Shown here: in pieces, positions 1 through 9,509 of the stretch
Layout: each line of letters begins with the position of its first letter
How positions within the stretch are numbered: the first letter of the stretch is position 1
Assembly: GCA_050261575.1 (NCBI GenBank)
Contig: JBLNDL010000045.1
Coordinates: forward strand, 1-55,008
Direction of reading: 5' to 3'
Source: Sphingomonadaceae bacterium
Lineage (GTDB): Bacteria; Chloroflexota; UBA6077
DNA: 55,008 nt
The notes under the pieces: model-generated
Seen by the model: only the letters and a program-made list of their open reading frames with translations
Told to the model about the DNA's origin: nothing
The model's database searches: none
Made by a program: the position numbers and the translations under genes

Positions 1-10
1 CCGCATCGCC

Positions 11-520
11 GTGATGCGGGATGGCGTGCTCCAGCAGCTAGACACCCCCCAGCAGCTCTACGATCACCCGGCCAACACCTTCGTCGCAGGCTTCATCGGC
101 TCCCCGGCCATGAACTTCTTCGACGTTGGCATCGTGGTGAACGACGGGAAGGCGGAGCTGGTGGGCGACGGCTTCAAAGTGGGGCTCAACGGGGAACAGG
201 CAGCGGCGGTCGCGCCCCTCAACGGCAGTGAGGCGATCCTGGGGATCAGGCCGGAGCATATGGGGGAGATCAGCCAGGGGGAGACGGAGACCAAGGGCGA
301 GATCCCAGCCACCGTGGAGGTGGTGGAGATGATGGGGAGCGAGCAGTACGTCTACCTGGTGGTGGGATCCAAGAGCTTCGTCGCGCGGATGGACGCGCAG
401 ACACAGGTGAGGATGGGCGACACAGTGAGGCTCGCCTTCCCCAAGGAGCTGATCCAGCTCTTCGACAAGCAGAGCGAGAAGAACCTGTTGCAGCCGTTGC
501 CGGTGGGGCTGGCAGTCTGA
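11..520 (+). CDS. Sugar ABC transporter ATP-binding subunit (MalK/UgpC/MsmX family), C-terminal part; truncated by window start
   Basis: LYDHPANTFVAGFIGSPAMN, LGIRPEH and VEMMGSE motifs of the MalK regulatory/TOBE region. Confidence 0.9.
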   Translation: MMRDGVLQQLDTPQQLYDHPANTFVAGFIGSPAMNFFDVGIVVNDGKAELVGDGFKVGLNGEQAAAVAPLNGSEAILGIRPEHMGEISQGETETKGEIPATVEVVEMMGSEQYVYLVVGSKSFVARMDAQTQVRMGDTVRLAFPKELIQLFDKQSEKNLLQPLPVGLAV

Positions 521-600
521 CCCCACCCTGTCGTGCCGGTGGGGTCGGACGCTCGGCACAACTAGCCAGCGGGCAGGGGGTGCACCCCCTGCCCGCTGGC
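515..600. terminator. Two GC-rich hairpins between convergent genes; probable bidirectional terminator
   Basis: GTCTGACCCCACC (515-527) pairs with GGTGGGGTCGGAC (538-550); 565-600 is a perfect 36-bp palindrome. Confidence 0.6.
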
Positions 601-647
601 CTCCGTTGACTGCCGTGCCGCCCCCAAGCGACTCGGGGGTCACCGAA

Positions 648-1919
648 TCACGGGTAGATGCCACGAGTGATCGTGGCGTCCGCCACCCGCTTGATAGCCA
701 GCATGCTCGCTCCCACTCGCATGGTCACGTCGTATTCGTCCGCCATCCGCTTGACGTCTCGGAAGGCCCGCTGCATGATCCCTTCGAGCCTGGTGTTGAT
801 CTCCTCTTCAGTCCAGAAGAAGGCCATCAGGTCCTGCACCCACTCGAAGTAGGAGACGGTGACACCGCCGGCATTCGCCAGGATGTCGGGGACGATCAGG
901 GTGCCCTTGGCGGTGAGGATCTCGTCTGCCTCTGGAGTGGTAGGGCCGTTTGCGGCCTCGGCGATCAGCTTCGCCTTCATTCTGGGAGCGTTCTTCCCAG
1001 TGATCTGCTTCTCGAGGGCTGCCGGAACTAGGATGTCGCACTCCAGTTCGAGGAGATCCTGGTTGGAAATCGGCTCGGTGTTGGGCGCTCCCACCACTGA
1101 GCCCGTTTCCTGCTTGAAGCGGATCAACTCCCATGGGTCCAAACCAGCCGGATTGAAGACCCCGCCCCTGGAGTCGCTGACGGCGATCACCTTGGCGCCG
1201 TCCTCGGCCAGGAACCGGGCGGTCGCGGCGCCCGCGTTGCCGAAGCCCTGGACGACGGCGGTGGCGCCCTTCAGGTTGATTCCCTTGATCTTGGCGGCTT
1301 CTCGTATCGTATAGATGCACCCGCGGGCCGTCGCCTCGTTTCTCCCCGCGGATCCCCCGATGGACAGGGGCTTCCCAGTAGTAACGGCCGGGACGTAGTA
1401 CCCCTTGTGTGTGCTGTAGGTGTCCATCAGCCAGGCCATGATCTGGGGATTCGTGTTGACGTCGGGGGCAGGGATATCCTTCTCAGGGCCGATGATGACG
1501 GAGATTTCGGTCGCGTACCGCCGGGTGAGACGCTCCAGTTCGGCACCGGAAAGGCTCTTCGGGTCGCAAATCACCCCTCCCTTTGCACCGCCGAAGGGGA
1601 TGCCCACGACGCCGCTCTTCCAGGTCATCCACATCGCCAGGGCTTTGACTTCGTCGAGGTCGACCTGCGGGTGATAGCGAATGCCACCCTTTGCCGGACC
1701 GCGTGCCAGGTTGTGCTCGATCCTGTAGCCGGTGAACACCTTCACGGTGCCATCGTCCAGACGGACCGGGAAGTGGACCGTTAGCTCTCTCCTGCAGTTG
1801 CTAAGGATCTGTCGAATGCCGGAATCGAGCTGAAGCTTGTCTGCCGCGGCGTTGAACTGCTGAATCGCGATTTCGAATGCCGTCGGCTCCGCCGTAGAGT
1901 TGACTGTGTTGGACCCCAT
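648..1919 (-). CDS. gdhA: Glu/Leu/Phe/Val dehydrogenase (glutamate dehydrogenase)
   Basis: GPAKGGIRY, PFGGAKGG, DIPAPDV, VQGFGNAG, EAANGP, NAGGVTVSYFEW; ATG 1919 preceded by GGGAGG. Confidence 0.95.
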   Translation of the reverse strand: MGSNTVNSTAEPTAFEIAIQQFNAAADKLQLDSGIRQILSNCRRELTVHFPVRLDDGTVKVFTGYRIEHNLARGPAKGGIRYHPQVDLDEVKALAMWMTWKSGVVGIPFGGAKGGVICDPKSLSGAELERLTRRYATEISVIIGPEKDIPAPDVNTNPQIMAWLMDTYSTHKGYYVPAVTTGKPLSIGGSAGRNEATARGCIYTIREAAKIKGINLKGATAVVQGFGNAGAATARFLAEDGAKVIAVSDSRGGVFNPAGLDPWELIRFKQETGSVVGAPNTEPISNQDLLELECDILVPAALEKQITGKNAPRMKAKLIAEAANGPTTPEADEILTAKGTLIVPDILANAGGVTVSYFEWVQDLMAFFWTEEEINTRLEGIMQRAFRDVKRMADEYDVTMRVGASMLAIKRVADATITRGIYP

Positions 1920-2104
1920 CACGACCTCCCACTGGATTAGTGTGCCAACACTAGGGTTGTGAACACTTCGCGTGCTCACCCGGGAGGAAGCTATGCAGGA
2001 CGTGAGGCGTGACGCCACATACAAAGAACCGGCTGTCCGTCAACTCTGACAGACGCTAGCCGGTTCTGAGCTGGCAGCCGTGAGGCTCGTCCTATTACTC
2101 GTCG

Positions 2105-2130
2105 GTAGGTCAGATCGCCACGATCTGACC
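2105..2130 (+). repeat. GTAG-type REP-like palindrome
   Basis: GTAG overlapping a perfect 10-bp stem GGTCAGATCG-CCA-CGATCTGACC. Confidence 0.55.
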
Positions 2131-2329
2131 CAGGCGTGACGACCGCCCGGCGGTCCTGCAGAGATGAATTTCCCCGTGCGTCGGAATCTAGCACGTCGAG
2201 GCGCAGTTGTCTAGTGGGAGCCGGAAACCCGAGCCGGCCGAGGCCCATGCCGCCGAGTACAGTCGTGAAACAGCTCGTGCCGTGGGCTGTCTAATCGAAG
2301 GAGCATACCGAAGTAGATAGGAGTCGAGA

Positions 2330-2974
2330 ATGAGACGCATCGATGCTGGGACGCTCTTCGGCATCCTGCTGGTGCTGAGCGGCCTCTTTCTGTTGTTGCA
2401 GACCCTGGGCATTCTCTCCATTGCCGGAAGCATCATTTGGGCAGTGCTCTTCCTGGCCGGCGGGCTGGCCTTCCTCGGAGTTTTCATGGAAAGGCCCTCC
2501 CAATGGTGGGCGTTGATACCGGGGTTGTCACTGCTGGCTCTCGGGGCGTTGATCGCGCTGGAGAGCACGGCACCTTGGGTGGCCAGGACTTGGGGCGGAT
2601 CTCTGTTCCTGGGAGGCATAGGCCTCAGTTTCTGGCTGATCTTCCTGGTGAACCCCAGGAATTGGTGGGCGATCATCCCAGGCGGAGCGCTCGCCACACT
2701 GGCCGTGGTGGCTGGCATGCCGCCTGGCGTTCGGGGACCGGTATCAGGCGGCGTCTTCTTCTTTGGCTTGGGGGCGACCTTCGCTCTGGTCTACCTACTC
2801 GGACGGCCTAGGGAGCACATGACCTGGGCGCTGATCCCCGCGGCGATTCTCGCACTACTCGGTGCATTCACAATGGCCTCCGCCGTCGCGCTGTTCGGCT
2901 ACGTGTGGCCGACGCTGATCATCCTGGCCGGACTGTACCTGATCCTCAGGGCGCTGCAAACGCAGAGGGGTTGA
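2330..2974 (+). CDS. Polytopic membrane protein, uncharacterised (repeated WWALIP-like helical hairpins)
   Basis: About 8 hydrophobic segments; internal repeats WWALIPG / WWAIIPG / TWALIPA; AGGAG RBS. Confidence 0.75.
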   Translation: MRRIDAGTLFGILLVLSGLFLLLQTLGILSIAGSIIWAVLFLAGGLAFLGVFMERPSQWWALIPGLSLLALGALIALESTAPWVARTWGGSLFLGGIGLSFWLIFLVNPRNWWAIIPGGALATLAVVAGMPPGVRGPVSGGVFFFGLGATFALVYLLGRPREHMTWALIPAAILALLGAFTMASAVALFGYVWPTLIILAGLYLILRALQTQRG

Positions 2975-3039
2975 GAATCACTTCTTCGGCACCGATCCTG
3001 CGGGATTGCGGCCCACCATCTCTCGGAAAGGGGGGCGCC

Positions 3040-3369
3040 GTGGACGTAATCTCGGGGATCGTGGTGTCGACCTCCGTCTTCCTGCTGTCGTCTGTTCTCG
3101 TGTTGCTGTTCACGAGGGTATCGCCAGGCTCCGCGCCCGCCGCCAGCGGCAAGCCGACGGCCGGCGGGCTGACCCAGCGGGTCATGACGATCTCTCTGGT
3201 GGTCTACTTCGTGGCGGTGATCGACCTCCTGTTGATCGCGCAGCAGACCAGCCTGGCCCTGGGGACCTTCGTGGTGGGGCTGGTGCTCCTGGTGGTGTAC
3301 TACCTGGAGCCCGGCCTGCGCGGACGGCGCAGCGAGGAGTCGGGAGGGCCCGAGGGCTGGGAGGGGTAG
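3040..3369 (+). CDS. Small membrane protein (about 3 TM)
   Basis: GTG 3040 after AAGGGGG; three hydrophobic stretches; GC-rich third codon positions. Confidence 0.55.
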   Translation: MDVISGIVVSTSVFLLSSVLVLLFTRVSPGSAPAASGKPTAGGLTQRVMTISLVVYFVAVIDLLLIAQQTSLALGTFVVGLVLLVVYYLEPGLRGRRSEESGGPEGWEG

Positions 3370-3445
3370 GAGCCAGCAGACAGGTATCTCTGGATGGAGC
3401 ACGCGATTCCCGCCAGAGAAGCCGACGTGAACTGGAGATGCCAGC

Positions 3446-4090
3446 TCAGGGGTCGCCGTACAGCAGGATAGCGCGGACGGGAGCCCCTTCGGCCCCGCAC
3501 AACCGCAAGGGTAGACAGACCAGCCGGTAGGGTCCCTCCGGAACCTGGCGGAGGTCCAGCCCCTCCAGCACGACCACACCGTGAGAGAGCAGCCCTCTGT
3601 GGGCGGGGAGGGATGTGGCACCAGGGGGGTCGATGGAGAGGTAGTCTATCCCCAACAACTGGATGTGCCTGTCTACCACCCAGTCCGCGGCATCAGGCCC
3701 GAGGGCAACGTACTCCTCGCTGAGCACCCCCGGCGAACGCTCCCACAGATCGCCGTTGGCTGTCGACAGAAGGAGCCGGCAGGTTCCCTCCGGAATGCCA
3801 GCAGCCTCCAGTGCCTCTGCGGTCACCAAGGACAGCTCTCCAGGTAGCCTGCAGACCCACGCATCCCCCACGAGCAACTCGAGCGGAATCCGCTCCACGG
3901 TGGTGCCTCCCTCCTGGAGATGGGCGGGGGCGTCGATGTGCGTTCCCGTGTGAGTGCCCAACTGCAACCTGGAAACGGTGGCCTCGTCGCCGGCAGCAAC
4001 CGACGAGATCGGGACCATCTCGAAGGGGGGATCCCCGGGCCAGGAGGGGAGATCGGCGGAGAGGGGCAGAGTGACGTCGTAGATCCTCAT
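3446..4090 (-). CDS. Cyclase family metallohydrolase (kynurenine formamidase KynB-like)
   Basis: YDVTLPL..WPGDP, HTGTHIDAPAH, GIDYLS, EGLDL, GAEGAPVRA; ATG 4090 overlaps the upstream stop (ATGA). Confidence 0.9.
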   Translation of the reverse strand: MRIYDVTLPLSADLPSWPGDPPFEMVPISSVAAGDEATVSRLQLGTHTGTHIDAPAHLQEGGTTVERIPLELLVGDAWVCRLPGELSLVTAEALEAAGIPEGTCRLLLSTANGDLWERSPGVLSEEYVALGPDAADWVVDRHIQLLGIDYLSIDPPGATSLPAHRGLLSHGVVVLEGLDLRQVPEGPYRLVCLPLRLCGAEGAPVRAILLYGDP

Positions 4091-4458
4091 CGGGCGGAGT
4101 CCAGCCACTGCTCGGCGAGGATGCTCACGATCCTGCGGAAGCGGACCTTGGCGGCATCCTCGAGATGGGGGCCGGTGAGCACCCTGGCCACCATGAGCAG
4201 GCTTTCGTCGCTGGGCCCCAGTTCCAGGATCGCCCGTGGCCAGTGCCCGGCACTGGACAGCAGCGCGTCGGTGCGCTCTGGGTCCAGCCCCAGCGCTCGG
4301 GCGATGGCCAGCACCTGCTCGGGGCCAGATGGCTCCCTGTCTCCGCTCTCCAGCCGACTGATGATGGCAGGGTTGATCTGGGAGGCCCGGGCCAATGCCC
4401 GCTGAGAGAGGCCGGAGCCCTCTCGATAGCCCTTCAGCAACTGCGCAAATACGGCCAT
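4087..4458 (-). CDS. XRE-family helix-turn-helix transcriptional regulator
   Basis: FAQLLKGYREGSGLSQRALARASQINPAIISRLESGDREPS is a Cro/C1-type HTH. Confidence 0.85.
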   Translation of the reverse strand: MAVFAQLLKGYREGSGLSQRALARASQINPAIISRLESGDREPSGPEQVLAIARALGLDPERTDALLSSAGHWPRAILELGPSDESLLMVARVLTGPHLEDAAKVRFRRIVSILAEQWLDSAR

Positions 4459-4512
4459 CTTCAGCACCCACCCTCCGGTGACGACGGTCGACCATACTGT
4501 GCAACACCGTGC

Positions 4513-4529
4513 AGTTGTTGTCAACAACT
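4513..4529. promoter_or_regulatory. Inverted repeat, candidate XRE operator overlapping a minus-strand TTGACA
   Basis: AGTTGTTG-T-CAACAACT perfect 8-1-8 palindrome about 55 bp upstream of the XRE start. Confidence 0.5.
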
Positions 4530-4866
4530 AAACTCTTCCGAGGTCGAGCAGCCTCATCGGTGATTACCGGCCGGCAGCAGGGTGGAGGGAAACCTCGGGG
4601 GTCGCTTGTTTACGTCTTGGCAACAGGCAAGTCCGCGTGCGTCCGAACTCGCCCCGCCGCCATCGATTAGCGGTCGTCATCATGATTACTCATTCGAGGT
4701 AAGCGTGATGACGGGCCTGGTGCATTTCTTGCAAGTCTATCGCTCACCGGCCTCTTAGCGGCCGGGCATCGAGGGAGAACGAGGCAGAGACACTACTCGG
4801 CAGAGTGGCGAGGGGTGAGGCCGCGGCCGATGGGCTGCCGACGGCGTGGAAGGGTGGAGGTTGGCG

Positions 4867-5496
4867 ATGGACCCGAGCCTTCAGCAATACCTGAGGAGGC
4901 GTGGCAGGAGACTGGGACTCCAGGAGGCGGAGTGGGTGCGCGACAGGCGGACGATACCCCTGCGCTTCGTTCTCCACAAGCACGCCGCCCGTCGGCTGCA
5001 CTACGACCTGCAACTGGAGTTGGACGGGGTTCTACGGTCGTGGGCCATTCCGAGGGGACCGTCGACGAACCCCAGGGAAAGGCGGATGGCGATCGCCGTG
5101 GAGGACCGGTCGCTGGAGCTGGCATCGTTCGAGGGGATCGTGCCAGAGGGGGAGTTTGGCTCGGGGGAGGCCATCGTCTGGGATGCCGGCGTCTACTCCC
5201 CCGAGGACGACGGCGGCTTCTTTTTCGGCCCGCGGGACGATGCCGCGGAGAGGGTGAGGCGGGCGCTGGAGGCAGGGCGGCTATCCCTCTTCTTCTGGGG
5301 ATACAAGCTGGCCGGCTCCTGGAGCCTGGTCAAGGGGGAGGGAAGCCCTCGGGAGTGGATCTTCGTCAAGGTCGACGACCTGTTCGCGGAGCCGCACCGG
5401 AACCTGCTGGCCGAGTGCCGCTCCGTCCTCACTCGGAGGACTATCGACGAGCTACGCCAGGATCTGGCCCGCTCCCTCGACCGCAAGCGAGCGTGA
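4867..5496 (+). CDS. Standalone LigD 3'-phosphoesterase (LigD_N) domain protein with degenerate active site
   Basis: FVLHKHAARRLHYDLQLELDGVLRSWAIPRGPS, FEGIVPEGEFGSG..VWDAG, KLAGSWSLV, RSVLTRRTIDEL; GGAGG RBS. Confidence 0.85.
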   Translation: MDPSLQQYLRRRGRRLGLQEAEWVRDRRTIPLRFVLHKHAARRLHYDLQLELDGVLRSWAIPRGPSTNPRERRMAIAVEDRSLELASFEGIVPEGEFGSGEAIVWDAGVYSPEDDGGFFFGPRDDAAERVRRALEAGRLSLFFWGYKLAGSWSLVKGEGSPREWIFVKVDDLFAEPHRNLLAECRSVLTRRTIDELRQDLARSLDRKRA

Positions 5497-5514
5497 TGCG
5501 TTTTCCGCGGCTCG

Positions 5515-6594
5515 CTATCGATCGTCGATGGGGTCGGGGCGGCCCGTCGGGCGCCTCGGCCCTTCTGCGACGCCGAGAGGCCGAAGCAGCTCCGCCGCCA
5601 GCTCCTCGGCGCTGGCGCTGAAGCGATCGAAGCTGCGGCGAAGGTGAGAGACCTCGTAGTGGGCGTAGATCTTCTTGGTGGTCTCGGGCGATGCGTGCCC
5701 CAGGATGTCCTGCACCTCGGAGAGCTTGGCTCCCCGGTTGAGCAGCACGCTGGCCTTGGCGTGTCGGAAGTCGTGGGTGGTGACGTCCACGCCGGCCAGG
5801 GCGGCGTATTTCTTGACGATGCGCCATATGGAGTGGGGCGTGAGGCGGTAGTTCTGCCCCCCCTGGCTGGCCTTGCCGCGGCGCGCGTCGTGTCGGATGA
5901 AGAGGGGGCGGTGGCGGTCGGCACGGGCCTCCAGGTACTCGCGGATCGCTGCGAGGGCCTCCTCGGTGAAGAAGACCACCCGCTCCTTGTCGCCCTTGCC
6001 GGTGATGAGCGCCTGGGCGGAGAAGCCATCGTCGAGGTCCTGCCTGTCGAGGCGGGAGACCTCCTCGCGGCGCATGCCGGTGGCGAAGAGGGTGAGGAGG
6101 ATGGCCTTGTCGCGGAGGATCTCGAGTCGTCTTTCGCGGTTGCCGGGTGAGGGCGGCGGGGTGGGGATGGTCTTGACATAAAGTATGACCATCGGGAGAC
6201 GGCGGTCGATGCGGGGGGTCTTGTAGCTGCCCTTCCCCATCACCTCCTGGAGGCCGGCTCGGATCTGCTCGAAGCTGGTGGCGGGGGGGAGCAGTTGCCG
6301 CCTGGCCAGGAAGCGGAAGAAGGCCCGCGCGCCAGCGACGTAGGTGGTGATGGTGGCCCGGCGGTCGCGGCCGTAGCCATCGACGAGCCAGGCGTGGAAG
6401 CTCTCCAGGATCTCCGGCGGCAGGTCCGCTGCCAGCGCCTCGCGCGGGATGCCGGCATCGGTGAGGAACTCGGTGAAGCGCTTGAGGCACTTGGCGTAGG
6501 TATCGCGGGTGGCCTGCGACTTGCCGGCCAGTGTGGCGAGGAAGTCGTCGATCTGCGCCTGGATGGCGAAGGGTGGCGGTGCGGGCTGGACCAT
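5515..6594 (-). CDS. Tyrosine recombinase, XerC/XerD-like
   Basis: Complete catalytic set: TGMRREE (R), GKGDKER (K), HDFRH (HxxR), LGH (H), TKKIY (Y); N-terminal SAM-like domain; AGGAGG RBS. Confidence 0.92.
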   Translation of the reverse strand: MVQPAPPPFAIQAQIDDFLATLAGKSQATRDTYAKCLKRFTEFLTDAGIPREALAADLPPEILESFHAWLVDGYGRDRRATITTYVAGARAFFRFLARRQLLPPATSFEQIRAGLQEVMGKGSYKTPRIDRRLPMVILYVKTIPTPPPSPGNRERRLEILRDKAILLTLFATGMRREEVSRLDRQDLDDGFSAQALITGKGDKERVVFFTEEALAAIREYLEARADRHRPLFIRHDARRGKASQGGQNYRLTPHSIWRIVKKYAALAGVDVTTHDFRHAKASVLLNRGAKLSEVQDILGHASPETTKKIYAHYEVSHLRRSFDRFSASAEELAAELLRPLGVAEGPRRPTGRPDPIDDR

Positions 6595-6624
6595 GGCTGA
6601 GGCCCTCCTGGGGATTGCCCCGTC

Positions 6625-6652
6625 TTCGACGGAATACAAGTTAATGTGAATT
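6625..6652. other. Candidate dif-like recombination site
   Basis: TTCGACGGAAT-ACAAGT-TAATGTGAATT (11-6-11) in an AT-rich island 30 bp upstream of the recombinase start. Confidence 0.4.
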
Positions 6653-6757
6653 ACATGACATGAGCATGGTAGCCGATCGCCCCGCCGCCCGCAACCCCCA
6701 CCCCAGGCCGCTCCCGCCCCGCAAGCCTCCGGCACCTCGGGCCCTCGACCCCAGCAG

Positions 6758-8116
6758 TCATCCGCGCACGTGCGCCGAGCCGGTCGCGCCTCGCACCGCG
6801 AAGCCGTCGAACCGGGCGACGTGCCGAGCCGGAAGGCGACCCACCAGCCGTGTGCCGTCGGGGGTGTGCTCTTCGATCTGAACCACGCCCTTGCGTCGAA
6901 ACAGATCCACGAGGTCGCTCCGCCCGTACGGGACCAGCACCTCGATGCGCGGCGTCGAAGCGTTCAGGGTCTCCTCGATCCGCAGTTTCAGCGCCTCGAT
7001 GCCCCAGCCCTTCTCCGCCGAGATCAGCACGGTGTCCGGTATCGGCTCCATCCCCAGCGCCTCCGGCGTAAGGCCCTCCACCGGATCGGCCGCCGCGGCC
7101 GCCTCGGGCGGCAGCAACCCGTCGGCTTTGTTCAACACCGTCAGAGTGGGCTTATCCAGGAGGCCCAGTTCGGCCACTATCCCCCGCACCACCCGGGAGG
7201 ATTGTTCCGCGCGCCTATCCGTTATGTCGACGACGGACAACAGCAGGTCGGCCTCTTCCAGCTCCTCTAGCGTCGCCCGAAAGGCGGCCACCAGGCTCGT
7301 CGGCAGCTTCGCGATGAAGCCCACCGTGTCGGTCAGCAGCACCTCCTGGCCGCTCGGTAGCTCCAGCTTCCGTGTGGTCGGGTCCAGGGTGGCGAACAGT
7401 TTGTTGGCCACCTCCACATCGCTGCCCGTCAGCCGGTTCAGCAGCGTCGACTTTCCAGCGTTGGTGTAGCCTATGAGCGCCACCACCGGCAGGTCCTTCG
7501 TCCGACGCGAATCTCGGTGCACCTGCCTGTGGAGCCGGATGGCCTCGATCTCCCTCTCCAGCCTCGTTATCCGCTGCCGCATCCGGCGTCGATCGAACTC
7601 CAGCTTCGTCTCACCGGGACCTCGCGTGCCGATGCCACCGCCCAGACGGGAGAGCGCCGTCCCCTGCCCCACCAGCCTGGGCAGCAGGTACTGGTACTGC
7701 GCCAGCTCTACCTGGACGCGCCCCTCGTGGGTGTGGGCGCGGCGAGCGAAGATGTCGAGGATGAGGAGGGTTCGGTCTATCACCCTCAGCCCCAGCGCCC
7801 GCTCCAGTTCCAACTGTGCCTGGGGCCTTAGCTCGTCGTCGAAGACGACCATGGTGGCATCGGTCTCCCGACAGAGCGCCGCCAGCTCCTCCAGCTTCCC
7901 CTTGCCGATGTAGTGGCGCGGGTTGGGCTCCTCCAGCCTCTGGCTTACCCTGCCCACCACCTCCGCTCCTGCACTGGCTGCAAGCTGCCCAAGCTCGTCC
8001 AGCGACGCCGAGAGCTCGACGGACGAGTTCGGGAGCTGCACCCCGACCAGCACCGCCCTCTCCGGGCCGCCCTCCACGATCCGTCGTTCGCCGCTGCTCA
8101 CCTTATGTCTACTCAC
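6758..8116 (-). CDS. hflX: Ribosome-splitting GTPase HflX
   Basis: DRTLLILDIFARRA, GGGIGTRGPGETKLE, GYTNAGKSTL, LFATLDPTTR, DTVGFI, NKAD. Confidence 0.97.
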   Translation of the reverse strand: MSRHKVSSGERRIVEGGPERAVLVGVQLPNSSVELSASLDELGQLAASAGAEVVGRVSQRLEEPNPRHYIGKGKLEELAALCRETDATMVVFDDELRPQAQLELERALGLRVIDRTLLILDIFARRAHTHEGRVQVELAQYQYLLPRLVGQGTALSRLGGGIGTRGPGETKLEFDRRRMRQRITRLEREIEAIRLHRQVHRDSRRTKDLPVVALIGYTNAGKSTLLNRLTGSDVEVANKLFATLDPTTRKLELPSGQEVLLTDTVGFIAKLPTSLVAAFRATLEELEEADLLLSVVDITDRRAEQSSRVVRGIVAELGLLDKPTLTVLNKADGLLPPEAAAAADPVEGLTPEALGMEPIPDTVLISAEKGWGIEALKLRIEETLNASTPRIEVLVPYGRSDLVDLFRRKGVVQIEEHTPDGTRLVGRLPARHVARFDGFAVRGATGSAHVRG

Positions 8117-8154
8117 GGTGCTGTCCTCCCGTGGTGTCGCCTTCTTCGCAAATG

Positions 8155-8196
8155 CCCCCTCTCCCTCGTTGAGGGGGAGAGGGTTAGGCTGGGGGG
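8155..8196 (+). repeat. CCCCTCTCCC..GGGAGAGGG-type intergenic palindromic element
   Basis: CCCCTCTCCC-TCGTTGA-GGGGGAGAGGG followed by TTAGGCTGGGGG. Confidence 0.55.
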
Positions 8197-8234
8197 TTGC
8201 TCGACAGCCGCGTGACTCGCGCTGAGGTCGTCGC

Positions 8235-9428
8235 TCAGCCCTTGAGCGTCTTCAATCGCTGGAGCGCCTCGTCCAACCTGTGATCCGGGGTGGTGAGGGA
8301 GATCCGGAAGAAGCCCTCGCCCGAGGGGCCGAAGCCAACACCCGGGGTGACCCACACCGCCAGCTCGTTCAGCAGCTTCAGGGAGAAGCCGAGGGAGGTC
8401 TCCCCCTCCGGCACCGGGGCCCAGATGTAAAGGCTGGCCTTGGGCACCGGGGCCTCGATCCCGATCCCTTCCAGCGCCTCGATCACCTTGTCGCGCCGCC
8501 GCTGGTAGACCTTGTTCCGCTCCGCCATCCAGGACTGGTCGCCGAGGAGCGCGGCGATACCAGCGTACTGGACCGCCTGGAAGATGCCGCTATCGATGTT
8601 GGTCTTCACCTTGCCGAGCGCCGACACCACGGAGGCGTTGCCCACCATCATCCCTATCCGCCAGCCGGTCATGTTGTAGCTCTTGGAAAGGGAGTGGAAC
8701 TCCACGCCGACCTCCTTCGCGCCTGCCACCTGCAGGAAGCTGGTGGCCGCGTAGCCGTCGTAGGTCACGTCGGAGTAGGCGTTGTCGTGGCACACGATGA
8801 GGTCGTGCTTCTGGGCGAACTCCACCACCCTCTCGTAGAAGCCCGCGGGAGCCACGGCGCTGGTGGGGTTGTTGGGATAGCAGATCCACAACAGCTTGGC
8901 CCGGCGCAGGACATCTGCGGGGATGCTCTCCAGATCGGGCAGGAAGTCGTTCTGGGGTAGCAGCGGCATGAGGTAGGGCTCGCCCCCCGCCAGCATCGTC
9001 CCGATGCCGTAGACCGGATAGCCGGGATCTGGAACCAGGGCAATGTCCCCGGGATCGATGAAGGCCCAGGGGATGTGCGCGATCCCCTCCTTCGAGCCGA
9101 TAAGGGGAACGACCTCCTTGACGGGGTCGAGCTCCACGCCGAAGCGGCGCTGGTACCAGGTCGCGATGGCCTCGCGCAGCTCGTCGAGGCCGTAGTACTC
9201 GGGGTAGCGGTGGTTGGCGGGCACGTCGGCCGCGCGCTTGAGCTCGTCCACCACCCAGGAGGGGGTGGGGAGATCGGGGTCACCGACCCCGAGGCTGATG
9301 ACGTCGAAACCCGCGGCCCGCTTCGCCGCGATCTGCCTGTCGGCTTCGGCGAAGAGATAGGGCGGCAGGTTGGCAATCCGGCTTGCCGGTTTGAAGACCC
9401 TGGCCTTAGACCCGTCTGTCGCTACCAT
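8235..9428 (-). CDS. dapL: LL-diaminopimelate aminotransferase (class I PLP aminotransferase)
   Basis: [56 protein letters not shown]. Confidence 0.85.
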   Translation of the reverse strand: MVATDGSKARVFKPASRIANLPPYLFAEADRQIAAKRAAGFDVISLGVGDPDLPTPSWVVDELKRAADVPANHRYPEYYGLDELREAIATWYQRRFGVELDPVKEVVPLIGSKEGIAHIPWAFIDPGDIALVPDPGYPVYGIGTMLAGGEPYLMPLLPQNDFLPDLESIPADVLRRAKLLWICYPNNPTSAVAPAGFYERVVEFAQKHDLIVCHDNAYSDVTYDGYAATSFLQVAGAKEVGVEFHSLSKSYNMTGWRIGMMVGNASVVSALGKVKTNIDSGIFQAVQYAGIAALLGDQSWMAERNKVYQRRRDKVIEALEGIGIEAPVPKASLYIWAPVPEGETSLGFSLKLLNELAVWVTPGVGFGPSGEGFFRISLTTPDHRLDEALQRLKTLKG

Positions 9429-9509
9429 CTACTCCTATCCTCCGTGTAGCTGAGTCGGGCGGCGGGGAGCGATCCCCCCGCCCTGCGTCATCGAACGCGA
9501 TAGTACGCC

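Noticed and set aside
4091..4507. N-terminal extension of the cyclase ORF (353 aa)
   Set aside because: It is an alternative frame of the XRE gene; the cyclase starts at ATG 4090.
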